Source of the DNA: an uncultured Bacillota bacterium
Lineage (GTDB): Bacteria; Bacillota; Clostridia; Christensenellales; UBA1242
Length of the DNA stretch: 64,000 nt
Direction: 5' to 3'
Assembly: GCA_946499835.1 (NCBI GenBank)
Contig: CAMMTJ010000002.1
Location: 79,368-143,367 of the forward strand
Below are positions 38,636-48,983 of the stretch, piece by piece. The notes beneath the pieces were generated by a model that saw nothing but the letters and a program-made list of their open reading frames with translations, was not told where the DNA came from and made no database searches. Made by a program: the position numbers and the translations under genes. The first letter of the stretch is position 1. Each line of letters starts with the position of its first letter.

Positions 38636-38839
38636 ATGAACAAATTTAGTGAAAGATTAAAAGAAGTTTTAAGAGAAAGAGATATGTCACAAGTTGCCTT
38701 AGCGAAGAAGATTGGCATGTCACAAGGAGTTGTAAACAATTATTGCACTGGAAAAAGAGAACCAACGCTTGATGTTCTTGTTTCTATATGCAGGGCTCTT
38801 AATGAAAGTGCTGACTACTTGCTTGATTTGGAGGATTGA
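38636..38839 (+). CDS. XRE-family helix-turn-helix protein (67 aa)
   Basis: RLKEVLRERDMSQVALAKKIGMSQGVVNNYCTGKREP is a canonical XRE HTH. A hairpin plus T run follows at about 38852-38876. Confidence 0.8.
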   Translation: MNKFSERLKEVLRERDMSQVALAKKIGMSQGVVNNYCTGKREPTLDVLVSICRALNESADYLLDLED

Positions 38840-38933
38840 TGAAATAGAGAGGGCGTGAGAGCGTCCTTTTTTGTTGGTTACGCACACTTGTGGAGGATGA
38901 AAAATATAATGCTAATGTTCCACGAGGTGAATA

Positions 38934-40472
<1,539 letters not shown>

Positions 40473-40482
40473 CAAAAAAAAA

Positions 40483-40506
40483 GAGGCAAAAAAAAGCCTC
40501 TTTTTT
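40483..40506 (+). terminator. Intrinsic terminator after the collagen-like gene
   Basis: GAGGC-a8-GCCTC followed by TTTTTT. Confidence 0.75.
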
Positions 40507-40544
40507 GTATTCACAAACGGAAAATTTTATGATATAATAAACTT

Positions 40545-41039
40545 ATGAATACAACAAAACGGTCAATAAAGGAAGAAATGTTTGATTATGTGCAAGGCCA
40601 AAAAAGGTTTGCAGATAATCTTTTGGTGGCTTATACAAAATACAAGGACGAAAAATACAAAGGTCAAGACTATGAAGATTGCACATTTGATGACGAGATA
40701 AAGGGTAGGGTCGTTCATGTTGAAGATATGATTGACAGAATTAAGAAAATTTGCAGTGATGATATTTCTGATGAAGATAAAGAAAAGGAAAAACAAGCAT
40801 ATTTTGTAGATGAGGAAGAGAGAGCCAAGACGCTTAAAAGTTTTGGAGCAATTTTATCAATGGCAGATCAAAAGGGTGTTTTATCAGCAAAAGATTTGAA
40901 AACAAAGTTGCAATTCCGTGTTGGACTTGAATATTTCAAAAATGTGACGAAACAATATAGAGATGGGCTGATTGTGGAATTTTCAATTTTGCAAGCCTCA
41001 ATGGAAAGTGGCACTAAAAAGGGGATTGAAAGACAATAA
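40545..41039 (+). CDS. Hypothetical soluble protein (164 aa)
   Basis: K/E/D-rich ORF followed by a bidirectional hairpin (CTTGCTTTGGAGCAAG, about 41045-41060). No motif recognised. Confidence 0.55.
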   Translation: MNTTKRSIKEEMFDYVQGQKRFADNLLVAYTKYKDEKYKGQDYEDCTFDDEIKGRVVHVEDMIDRIKKICSDDISDEDKEKEKQAYFVDEEERAKTLKSFGAILSMADQKGVLSAKDLKTKLQFRVGLEYFKNVTKQYRDGLIVEFSILQASMESGTKKGIERQ

Positions 41040-41066
41040 AAAAACTTGCTTTGGAGCAAGTCTTTT

Positions 41067-41417
41067 TTATATCAAAAATTTAAGTGCCGAAATCATGCCA
41101 TCTCCTTCTGGTGTTTGTCCAGGCAAGAAGGCATGGAGAATCATTGGCAAGAGAAGATTTATGAAAAGCACAAGGAAAAGCAAGATCGCAACGCCCACAA
41201 TTGTGTTGATAAGACGAGAAGATGCTTTCTTTCTTGCATCTTCACTTTCTGCTTTTGCGAGGTTGACGCCAAGAATAATGGCATAAATCATTCCAGCCCC
41301 GCCTACGCAAGCGAGAATCAAATACAAAATTGTTGGCAGTGTTTCATAGACATCATTCAGCCAAGCATAATCTCCATAAAAGGTATAAGAAACTGCTAAC
41401 ATATTCAAAAATGGCAT
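41067..41417 (-). CDS. Small two-TM membrane protein, paralog 1 (pilin-like architecture)
   Basis: 116 aa from the ATG at 41417, behind AGGAGAG and in frame with track ORF 41067-41468. Layout is an amphipathic N-terminus, TM1, a charged loop (KAESEDARKKASSR), TM2, then a short tail ending MISALKFLI. Confidence 0.7.
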   Translation of the reverse strand: MPFLNMLAVSYTFYGDYAWLNDVYETLPTILYLILACVGGAGMIYAIILGVNLAKAESEDARKKASSRLINTIVGVAILLFLVLFINLLLPMILHAFLPGQTPEGDGMISALKFLI

Positions 41418-41559
41418 ATTCTCTCCTATTCTTAATTGCATTTTATCACAAATGACAAAAATTATCAATTAAAAGAATAGAAAAAATATATTTTTTTCTT
41501 ATATATTTGTTTAATAAAAAAACGCCCAAACTTGTTGGACGAATTTTTTCAGATATTTT

Positions 41560-41913
41560 TTATGAATTAGGAGTAGTTGGCTTCTCACCTGAAATTGCTG
41601 GTGGAATAGTTACAAACGCCTTTACAATTTCTGGCAACAACAAGTTGAAGAAGAGGACAAGCACGATTGTGACAGCAACAGCGATAAGAACAGTGATAAG
41701 GTGTTTCTTTGCATCGTCACGTTTTGATTGTTCATCTGCTCTTGCAAGTTGAACACCAAGATAGATTGCATAAATTGCACCAGCAGCACCAATAATACCC
41801 ATGATTATGTAGAGCACAATAGAAATGGTATTAAAAATGTCGCCCATCCATGTGTATGCAGATCCTTTAAAAACTTCTGACCAACCAGCAGCGAGAGTAT
41901 TCAAAAAGTTCAT
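41560..41913 (-). CDS. Small two-TM membrane protein, paralog 2
   Basis: 117 aa, RBS AGGAGGG, with its own terminator (41519-41545 region). The core IYAIYLGVQLARADEQSKRDDAKKHLITVLIAVAVTIVLVLFFNLLLP is nearly identical to paralog 3. Confidence 0.75.
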   Translation of the reverse strand: MNFLNTLAAGWSEVFKGSAYTWMGDIFNTISIVLYIIMGIIGAAGAIYAIYLGVQLARADEQSKRDDAKKHLITVLIAVAVTIVLVLFFNLLLPEIVKAFVTIPPAISGEKPTTPNS

Positions 41914-42038
41914 ATTTCCCTCCTTTGTTGATTTAACTATAACACATAAAAGATTTTTTTCAAAATAAAATTGTTATATTTTTTATTTTTTTTGATATTT
42001 TTTTATTTAATAAAAAACTGGCAATTAAGCCAGTTTCA

Positions 42039-42437
42039 TTATCTGATAAACATTTGAAGTGCTGAAATCATTGTTTTCCCCTCTTCGCCAGTCATAGATC
42101 CGTCTGGATCACTTATGCTAGGTCCGATGAATGCTTTCACGATCAATGGCAACAACAAGTTGAAGAAGAGAACAAGCACGATTGTGACAGCAACAGCGAT
42201 AAGAACGGTGATAAGGTGTTTCTTTGCATCGTCACGTTTTGATTGTTCATCTGCTCTTGCAAGTTGAATACCGAGATAGATTGCGTAAATTGCACCAGCA
42301 GCACCAACAATACCCATGATAATATAAAGGACGATAGAAATTGTTCCAAAAATTTGTCCCATCCAACCATAGGTTTCATCACTCTCAGGGAACAGATCTC
42401 CCCATCCAGCAAGTAAAGTAGAAATTTTTGTCAACAT
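42039..42437 (-). CDS. Small two-TM membrane protein, paralog 3
   Basis: 132 aa from the ATG at 42437, behind AAGGAGA and in frame with track ORF 42039-42509. About 194 nt of the core (42148-42341) match paralog 2 (41633-41826) with roughly 11 mismatches by hand count. The tail ends MISALQMFIR. Confidence 0.75.
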   Translation of the reverse strand: MLTKISTLLAGWGDLFPESDETYGWMGQIFGTISIVLYIIMGIVGAAGAIYAIYLGIQLARADEQSKRDDAKKHLITVLIAVAVTIVLVLFFNLLLPLIVKAFIGPSISDPDGSMTGEEGKTMISALQMFIR

Positions 42438-42613
42438 AACTTTATCTCCTTTTCTTTTGATGAATTTAATATAACACAAAAAAATAAAAATACAAAACAT
42501 TTTTTGCATTTTTTTGAATTTTTTATTTTTGTCGAAAATAGTGCTTTTTTCTTAAAAAGAAAATTGTGGAAAAATAAAAAATCATAAACAAAAATTTATG
42601 ATTTTTTTTGGCA

Positions 42614-42784
42614 TTAGAAATTGATTCCAGGGCAGGTGTTTTGGCAACATGAACTATTATTGTTCTGTCCATTGAGAGCCAACAAAAGAAGCAACAAGAA
42701 ATTTGTGTTTGTGTTAAGGTCGGCATTTGTTGCTGAACTTAAAATTGACAACAAAAGAACAAATAAAAGGTTGTTTGTGTTCAT
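42614..42784 (-). CDS. Unlisted small ORF: 56-aa hydrophobic peptide with a Cys-rich tail
   Basis: MNTNNLLFVLLLSILSSATNADLNTNTNFLLLLLLALNGQNNNSSCCQNTCPGINF. Strong RBS AAGGAGGA 5 nt before the ATG. Its own terminator (ATCATAAA-n6-TTTATGAT plus T run, 42570-42610) sits directly after the stop. Below the 60-aa track cutoff. Confidence 0.6.
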   Translation of the reverse strand: MNTNNLLFVLLLSILSSATNADLNTNTNFLLLLLLALNGQNNNSSCCQNTCPGINF

Positions 42785-42941
42785 AAATTCCTCCTTTTCA
42801 ACAAAATTATAAAAATCTTTTCAAAATAAACCATTTTTTTATTTTGATTTCTTCTTTTGCTTTGGCAAAATATTCTTGCAAGTGAAATTACATAAATATA
42901 TATGTTGTTGTCACAAGTTGTGTGAAGGAGGTTTTTCAAGA

Positions 42942-43277
42942 ATGCAAAACAGATTTTTGTTGCTTTCAGAAAGAAACAAAAGAGACATACTTGGTTCTAT
43001 GCCAGAGGAGAGGGATATTGCAAAACTTGCAGATTATTTTCAAAACTTTTCAGACTCCACAAGAATAAAAATTCTTTCATGCTTGTCTATGATGAATATG
43101 TGTGTAAATGATTTGTCAACAATTTTGGGAATAAATCAGACAACCATTTCTCATCAACTCAAACAACTTAAAGACCAAAATCTTGTTACATATAAAAGAG
43201 ATGGAAAAATTCTTGTTTATTCTCTTTGCAATCAATCTGTCAATGATATCATGCTTTATGCAATCAATGCTTTTTAA
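42942..43277 (+). CDS. ArsR/SmtB-family metalloregulator
   Basis: 111 aa from the ATG at 42942, behind GAAGGAGG. Contains the HTH CVNDLSTILGINQTTISHQLKQLKDQNLV. An inverted repeat ACATAaatataTATGT (about 42891-42906) lies in the promoter region. Confidence 0.8.
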   Translation: MQNRFLLLSERNKRDILGSMPEERDIAKLADYFQNFSDSTRIKILSCLSMMNMCVNDLSTILGINQTTISHQLKQLKDQNLVTYKRDGKILVYSLCNQSVNDIMLYAINAF

Positions 43278-43329
43278 CGATTGACTTTTTTCTTTTCAAG
43301 TGGCATACTTAAATGCGGAGAAGGAAGTT

Positions 43330-43791
43330 ATGCGACGAGTTATTGAAACACTGAATGAAATGTCTTTTGATTTGCCAGATGGTTTTTTCCTCACGAGTGA
43401 CAAATACTCACTTGACAATGGGCAAGGCTTTATCAACACAGAAAATTATTTGTCAGAATCTGCTGGTGTCATATCTCTTTTTGAGGTGCATCGCGATCCA
43501 GATGAGTTTTTTGTATATTATGACTCTCTTGTCAAAGATTTGACAAAAGTGACTGGCAAGAGTGAACTTAAAGAACAACTTAAACTCAGAATAGGTGATT
43601 TTGTCTTTCCAACCTATGTTATTCGAGGTTTTTCCGGCAAAGTGATTTACACTGTGCAAGTGTTTGTGAATTGTGGAGATTGCCTTGGCTGTTTTATGAT
43701 CAGTCTTGATGATTACAAAAATTTCAAAACCACAATGAAAGAAAGCCCACTTCTTTCAGCACTTGTCAAACTTTTAAGGAGTGTGGAATGA
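43330..43791 (+). CDS. Hypothetical protein (153 aa)
   Basis: ORF with RBS GGAGAAGGAAG before the ATG at 43330, in frame with track ORF 43300-43791. Overlaps the queH start by 4 nt. No motif recognised. Confidence 0.55.
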   Translation: MRRVIETLNEMSFDLPDGFFLTSDKYSLDNGQGFINTENYLSESAGVISLFEVHRDPDEFFVYYDSLVKDLTKVTGKSELKEQLKLRIGDFVFPTYVIRGFSGKVIYTVQVFVNCGDCLGCFMISLDDYKNFKTTMKESPLLSALVKLLRSVE

Positions 43792-44348
43792 AAAAACTTT
43801 TGCTTCATTCTTGTTGCGGGCCATGCTCCACACAAGTTATCGATGTCTTAAAAGATAAATATGATTTGACAGTATATTATTATAATCCTAATATAGATTG
43901 TCAGGAGGAGTTTGCCCATCGCCTTGAAGAGCAAAAGAGGTTTTGTTCTCTTGTAGGCGTGCCTGTCACCCAAGATGGTTATGACGAAATGGAGTTCCTC
44001 TCTGCCGTCAAAGGTCTTGAAAATGAAAAGGAAGGCGGTGCAAGATGTCCTGTTTGTTTTGCTTTAAGGCTGAGAAAAACTGCACAAAAAGCAAAAAGTC
44101 TGGGTTTTGATGTCTTTGCAACCACTTTGACAGTCAGTCCATACAAAAACAGCACAATCATAAATTCCATCGGAAAGCAAATTGAAACAGAGGAGGGTAT
44201 TGAATTTTATGATGGCAACTTCAAAAAGCAAGATGGATATAAAAAAAGTATAGAGTTTTCAAAGAAATACAATCTATACAGACAAAATTACTGCGGATGC
44301 ACATTCTCTAAAAAAGAAAGGGAGACAAAAGTTGGAAAAAAATTATGA
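43788..44348 (+). CDS. queH: Epoxyqueuosine reductase QueH (DUF208 type)
   Basis: LLLHSCCGPCST at the N-terminus, CPVCFALRL, and C-terminal YRQNYCGCTFS. These are the characteristic Cys motifs of QueH. Confidence 0.85.
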   Translation: MKKLLLHSCCGPCSTQVIDVLKDKYDLTVYYYNPNIDCQEEFAHRLEEQKRFCSLVGVPVTQDGYDEMEFLSAVKGLENEKEGGARCPVCFALRLRKTAQKAKSLGFDVFATTLTVSPYKNSTIINSIGKQIETEEGIEFYDGNFKKQDGYKKSIEFSKKYNLYRQNYCGCTFSKKERETKVGKKL

Positions 44349-45180
44349 ATATTATCAAACAGAGAAAGAAAACAAAAAGATAGGCAAAGTTTTCAACATT
44401 TGTCTTACAGTCTTTATCATTCTCTTTGTGATAGTGGGGAGTTTTTCAATTTGGTTTAATGTTACATTCAGGTTTTACACCGTTTCTGGCACAAGCATGA
44501 AGCCAACGCTTAACCCAGATGTCAATGGCTCAGGCTTTCAAGACGGCGTTTATGTAAGCACAAATTTCGACCTTGACTATGGAGATATAATCGTTTTGTA
44601 TAGACCAGATGACACAGAGCATAGACAAAACACGATTATCAAACGGGTTATCGCCACTGAGGGCGACTATGTGACAATAAAAATGGTGGACACAAGCCAA
44701 GGACAAAGATATAAGGTTTTTGTTCAGCGTGCAGGCTCTGACCAAATTGAAATGCTTGAAGAGGAATATATCTACACTGGTGGACTTGACTGGTCAACAA
44801 ATTTGAGTCCACGTCTTGATATAGAGACAGGGGTGCTTTATGAACCACGCTTCTATGCAACCTTTTTGCAAGGCGCGGACACAGAATTTGATAACAAATA
44901 TGTGCTTGAAGATGGCGCGCTTTATTATAAAGTAGGAGAGGATCAAGTCTTTTTCCTTGGCGACAACAGATTGGTAAGTTCTGATGCCAGAGTGTATGGA
45001 TGTGCTGATGTCGATGATGTTGTTGGCGAAGTTGTGGTGGTTATAAATGACATCAAGCAATATTTTGTCCAAAATGAAAATGGCGCATGGGAAAGCACGG
45101 GAGAGTTCTGGTTTGTCAAGATGAGAGCCATTTTTGGCTATATTTTCGATAAAATAGTTGAATTTTTCTCTTGGAATTAG
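44332..45180 (+). CDS. lepB: Signal peptidase I
   Basis: N-terminal TM segment, catalytic SGTSMKPTL and GDNRLVSSDAR boxes. TTG start behind GGGAGA, overlapping the queH end by 17 nt. Confidence 0.85.
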   Translation: MEKNYEYYQTEKENKKIGKVFNICLTVFIILFVIVGSFSIWFNVTFRFYTVSGTSMKPTLNPDVNGSGFQDGVYVSTNFDLDYGDIIVLYRPDDTEHRQNTIIKRVIATEGDYVTIKMVDTSQGQRYKVFVQRAGSDQIEMLEEEYIYTGGLDWSTNLSPRLDIETGVLYEPRFYATFLQGADTEFDNKYVLEDGALYYKVGEDQVFFLGDNRLVSSDARVYGCADVDDVVGEVVVVINDIKQYFVQNENGAWESTGEFWFVKMRAIFGYIFDKIVEFFSWN

Positions 45181-45263
45181 GCGTTTTTGTTTGGTTTTTT
45201 AACTTTTTTGTGCTATATTGAAACTAAGGCAAAAGCCTAATTAAAGAAAAGGAGATATGGTAA

Positions 45264-45536
45264 ATGAACAAACAACAATTTATCAAAGCATTCGCAGACA
45301 AAGCAAATTTCACACAAAAAGATGCAGGAATTGCTTTTGACGCTATGGTCGCAACTATTGCTGACACACTTAAAGGAGGAGACAAAATTCAAATCGCTGG
45401 TTTCGGCACTTTTGAACTCAAAACAAGAGCAGCAAGAACTGGTATCAATCCTCTTACAAAGCAAAAAGTTAAAATCAAAGCGTGCAAAGCACCAGCATTC
45501 AAATTCGGAAACAGTTTTAAGGACCTTTTTAACTAA
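45264..45536 (+). CDS. hup: DNA-binding protein HU
   Basis: 90 aa with the canonical HU sequence (GFGTFELKTRAARTGINPLT). A bidirectional terminator follows at about 45548-45575. Confidence 0.95.
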   Translation: MNKQQFIKAFADKANFTQKDAGIAFDAMVATIADTLKGGDKIQIAGFGTFELKTRAARTGINPLTKQKVKIKACKAPAFKFGNSFKDLFN

Positions 45537-45573
45537 TAGGCTTTCAAAAAACACGGCGACTATGCCGTGTTTT

Positions 45574-46167
45574 TTATATTTGCATTTTTGCTTGTGGCAC
45601 TTCCACATAGCCTTGACCATAACCGCAAAGAGGGCAATTTTGCCAAGCCTCTTTTTTCGTTTCACAGTGTCCGCAGTTTGAACAAGTCCACATGATTTTT
45701 TCAGGGTTTTTGTATAACTTGTTTGCTCTATATAGGTTTGCAAGTGCTTTGAGTTTGTCTCTGTGCGTTTCCTCAACTTTTGCAATAAGAGAAAGTGCTT
45801 CCGCTATTTCTGGGAATCCCTCATCTTTTGCTATCTTTGCAAATGCTGGATAAAGACTGGTTGCTTCATTGTCTTCAATTTCACTTGCGATTTTTAGAGA
45901 TGTTTTAAGTTCAGACTTCTCAAAAGGATATCCTGCTTCGATTGGGACATTGTCCTTGCCATTTCCAATATATTTCACCATCAATGAATAAAGTCTTGAA
46001 GCATGAGCCATTTCATTTTTTGCAAGAATTTTGAGTTGGTCTGAGATGAAGGAAAAGCCTTCGCTTACTGCTGACTTTGCCATAAATTGATATCTTGCAC
46101 CATCTTGGCATTCTCCTGCAAATGCTCTTGCAACACATTCTTTGGTTTTGCTTGAATTAAAATCCAT
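45574..46167 (-). CDS. rbr: Rubrerythrin
   Basis: Start at the ATG at 46167 behind GGAGG. Diiron four-helix region (FAGECQDGARYQF, NEMAHA) plus a C-terminal rubredoxin-like CSNCGH...CPLCG. Confidence 0.85.
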   Translation of the reverse strand: MDFNSSKTKECVARAFAGECQDGARYQFMAKSAVSEGFSFISDQLKILAKNEMAHASRLYSLMVKYIGNGKDNVPIEAGYPFEKSELKTSLKIASEIEDNEATSLYPAFAKIAKDEGFPEIAEALSLIAKVEETHRDKLKALANLYRANKLYKNPEKIMWTCSNCGHCETKKEAWQNCPLCGYGQGYVEVPQAKMQI

Positions 46168-46266
46168 ATTTTGCCTCCTAGGAATATTTATAACCAAAAA
46201 AAATAAAGATAAACATTTGCTTTTTTTTTCGATAATGTGTAAACTAAATCTATCAAGGAGTGGGAA

Positions 46267-46995
46267 ATGAAATCAAATGATAGACTTGAAACAGAAAAAG
46301 TCAAAAAAGTTCATTATATTTTGATTGGAAATGATTTCAAGAAAGTTTTGAAAACTCTTGACAAACGTCTGCATTTTTATCGCTTTTTGAATGAGGGGAA
46401 ATTTAAGGGTGATGAAATAATTTATGATGTGCCAAGCAATATGTTATCAAATGCAGGACTTGTGCTGAGCAAACAAAACGAAGAGGACAAAACATATTTC
46501 AAAGTCAGAAAAATCAGCACTCTGCCGGGCGGATACAAAAGACCAAGTCAAAAATTTAGCCTTGGTGAATGTGAGGGGACGGAAGAGCCAAAAGATTTCC
46601 CAATTCAAATATCAAATGCTATTTCAAACTCTTTCTCAAATGCCTTTACCATTGACCTTGTCTCTGTCGTAAGACAAACGGTGCCAAAAATTCAAATCAC
46701 AGTGACAGGACAGAAATACAAAATCATCAGTGGTGATGGTTTTGAGGCATATATGCTTTATGAAAAAGCAATTTATAAGGACATTGCAACAAAGAAGAAA
46801 GTCAAACGTTATGGCGTGACTTTCAAACTCCCAAAAGATGAAAAATGGGACAAATGGAACAATGAGATTTTGCAGGCGGTGGAGCATTATTGCAAAGAGA
46901 TGGTCTCATATGAATCCAGCCGTTTTGAAATTGCACAAAGACTTTTGTATCCAAAACCTTATGTTGAAGAAAAGAAAGAAGAGAGTGAGGAGTGA
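46267..46995 (+). CDS. Hypothetical protein (242 aa), possibly CYTH-like
   Basis: ORF with an N-terminal LETEKVKK segment loosely resembling the CYTH ExExK signature. The assignment is weak. Confidence 0.5.
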   Translation: MKSNDRLETEKVKKVHYILIGNDFKKVLKTLDKRLHFYRFLNEGKFKGDEIIYDVPSNMLSNAGLVLSKQNEEDKTYFKVRKISTLPGGYKRPSQKFSLGECEGTEEPKDFPIQISNAISNSFSNAFTIDLVSVVRQTVPKIQITVTGQKYKIISGDGFEAYMLYEKAIYKDIATKKKVKRYGVTFKLPKDEKWDKWNNEILQAVEHYCKEMVSYESSRFEIAQRLLYPKPYVEEKKEESEE

Positions 46996-47041
46996 CCTCA
47001 CTTTTTTCATATATAAAAGTTTGTCCTCATAGACTTTTCCT

Positions 47042-48469
47042 GTGAAGAAGATGAATTTTTCAACCAGACTATGTTACAGCGTAGGCGCGCTGGGATATGG
47101 CTCAATGTCTCAAACATTGGGCAATTTTATAATGTTTTTTGGCACAAGTGTTATGGGCGTTTCTGGCTCGCTGGTTGGAATAGCAGTCGCAATTTCTTCA
47201 CTCTGGGATGGAATAAGTGATCCGCTTATTGGGCATCTTTCTGACAACTGTCAAAGCAAATATTTTGGCAAAAGACTTGGGTTTATGCTCTTTGGCGTGT
47301 TTGCTATTGCACTGATAAACATCCTCATCTGGTCAATGCCAAGTTCTTTGAGTGAAGGGGGGAAGTTTGTCTATCTTCTTCTTTGTATGCTTGCGATAGA
47401 GTCCTCAAACACCTGTTTCAGCACGCCATATTCGGCACTGGGTATTGATCTTGCGCCTGATTATAACGAACAATCAAAAATTCAAGGCTTCAAGACAGTT
47501 TTTTCAATTATGGGAATGATTTTGCCAAGCGTGCTTATGTATTTTTTTATGCCATCTATTTCAATCGGCATCCAAACTGACTTTTCACAAGAAGGGTATA
47601 TCAATATTGCGCTGATCAACTCTTCTCTTCTGTTGATATTTGGACTGATCACAATTTTTGGATCTCTTCGATACATTAGGGCAAACAGAAAAACATTTAT
47701 TGCAAGTTTTGAAAGAGAAAAACTAAACTTTGGCAAACTTATGTCAGGATATATGGAAGTATTGCGCAAAAAAGACTTTCGCTCAGTCGTGCTTGGCTAT
47801 TCATGTGCGACAATAGCCTCCGCCTTTTTAACTTCTGTTGGTATGCACCTGTTTACCTATTGTTATCACTTCTCTTCCGCTCAAATTTCCATTGTGCTCA
47901 TCTCTTTGTTTGGCGGGGCAATCATCAGTCAGCCACTTTGGGTTTATCTTGCAAAAAGACTAGATAAAAAGCGTTCACTCATCATATCTCTCTCAACCAT
48001 TGTTTTTGGCATATTTTTGACAGTGCTGACCTTTCTTTTCAGGTCATATATTCCAACCCAAGTGATGTTTTTTATTGCACTTCCGTGTATCTTTTTCTGT
48101 GGGGTAGGTGCTGGCGCAATGTATAGTTTGCCTTTTTCAATGTATGCCGATGTGGTCACCATGGAAATGTTCAAAACTGGAAAAAATAATGCAGGGTCTT
48201 ATACTGGGTTTTATACCTTCACTTACAACGTGGCAAATTCGCTTGCACTTCTCATGATTGGGTTCTTGCTTGACATAATCAAATTCGACTCATCTCAACC
48301 AGTTCAAGCACAGTCTGTTCAAAATGGGCTTGGGATGATAATCTTCTTTGGGTGCTCAATCTTTCTTGCACTTGCAATTCTTTTGTTTTCAAAATATTCA
48401 ATCAAGCGCTCAGACGTGCTTAAAGCACAAATGATACTCAAAAGAGAAGAAAAAGTAGATAATTTTTGA
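47042..48469 (+). CDS. MFS transporter, glycoside-pentoside-hexuronide (GPH) family
   Basis: 12 TM helices and the WDGISDPLIGHLSDN motif typical of GPH/MelB-like carriers. Start uncertain (GTG at 47042 or ATG at 47051). Confidence 0.8.
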   Translation: MKKMNFSTRLCYSVGALGYGSMSQTLGNFIMFFGTSVMGVSGSLVGIAVAISSLWDGISDPLIGHLSDNCQSKYFGKRLGFMLFGVFAIALINILIWSMPSSLSEGGKFVYLLLCMLAIESSNTCFSTPYSALGIDLAPDYNEQSKIQGFKTVFSIMGMILPSVLMYFFMPSISIGIQTDFSQEGYINIALINSSLLLIFGLITIFGSLRYIRANRKTFIASFEREKLNFGKLMSGYMEVLRKKDFRSVVLGYSCATIASAFLTSVGMHLFTYCYHFSSAQISIVLISLFGGAIISQPLWVYLAKRLDKKRSLIISLSTIVFGIFLTVLTFLFRSYIPTQVMFFIALPCIFFCGVGAGAMYSLPFSMYADVVTMEMFKTGKNNAGSYTGFYTFTYNVANSLALLMIGFLLDIIKFDSSQPVQAQSVQNGLGMIIFFGCSIFLALAILLFSKYSIKRSDVLKAQMILKREEKVDNF

Positions 48470-48491
48470 TAAAACTGCAAACACTAAGCCT

Positions 48492-48983
48492 ATGAAAAAG
48501 ATGTTTGTTGTTTTGGGTATGATTTTGTCCTTATCACTTTTCCTAAGCGGTTGTGGTGAGGATGTTTTGCCATTTGCTCTTATTGAGCGCGATGGTGCTT
48601 TCACTGGCGGAGGCATTTCTTTTGCTTATGACCAAGAAAACGGAAAAGTATATTTTGGTGGTGAGGGTGAGTGTGTCCAGTTTTATGAGGCTGATATAAC
48701 AAAAGGCTGGCAAGAAGCAGGAAATAGGGTTGGCTTAAAGATAAATCCTCCAATAAAAATTGAAGATAAAGGGGAGATAGAGGTTGTGCTTGACGGACAG
48801 ACGCAAAATGTGGACAGCCTTTTGACCCTTTCTTCCGCTCAGCCGACAGGGCAACTTAATATATATCCACTTGTAAGTGAGCAAAAAAAATCCCTGACAC
48901 TTAAAATCAAGTGGTCAGGGGGCACGGCATGGCAAGAATATCAAATAAGCATCAAAGATGGCACAATTTTCATGAATAGGTGA
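48492..48983 (+). CDS. Lipoprotein (163 aa)
   Basis: Signal peptide with the lipobox LFLSGC. Confidence 0.7.
   Translation: MKKMFVVLGMILSLSLFLSGCGEDVLPFALIERDGAFTGGGISFAYDQENGKVYFGGEGECVQFYEADITKGWQEAGNRVGLKINPPIKIEDKGEIEVVLDGQTQNVDSLLTLSSAQPTGQLNIYPLVSEQKKSLTLKIKWSGGTAWQEYQISIKDGTIFMNR

Noticed and set aside
42614-42784. Lanthipeptide or other RiPP precursor, suggested by the Ser/Thr/Cys-rich C-terminal core.
   Set aside because: No LanB/LanC/LanM-like, radical-SAM, YcaO or ABC-exporter genes are in the window. The two strongly hydrophobic segments are atypical of RiPP leaders. It is kept only as an uncharacterised small ORF.
45237-45785. 182-aa minus-strand ORF spanning hup and the 3' end of the rubrerythrin gene.
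   Set aside because: It is antisense to the highly conserved HU gene, crosses a bidirectional terminator, and has a low-complexity product. It is spurious.
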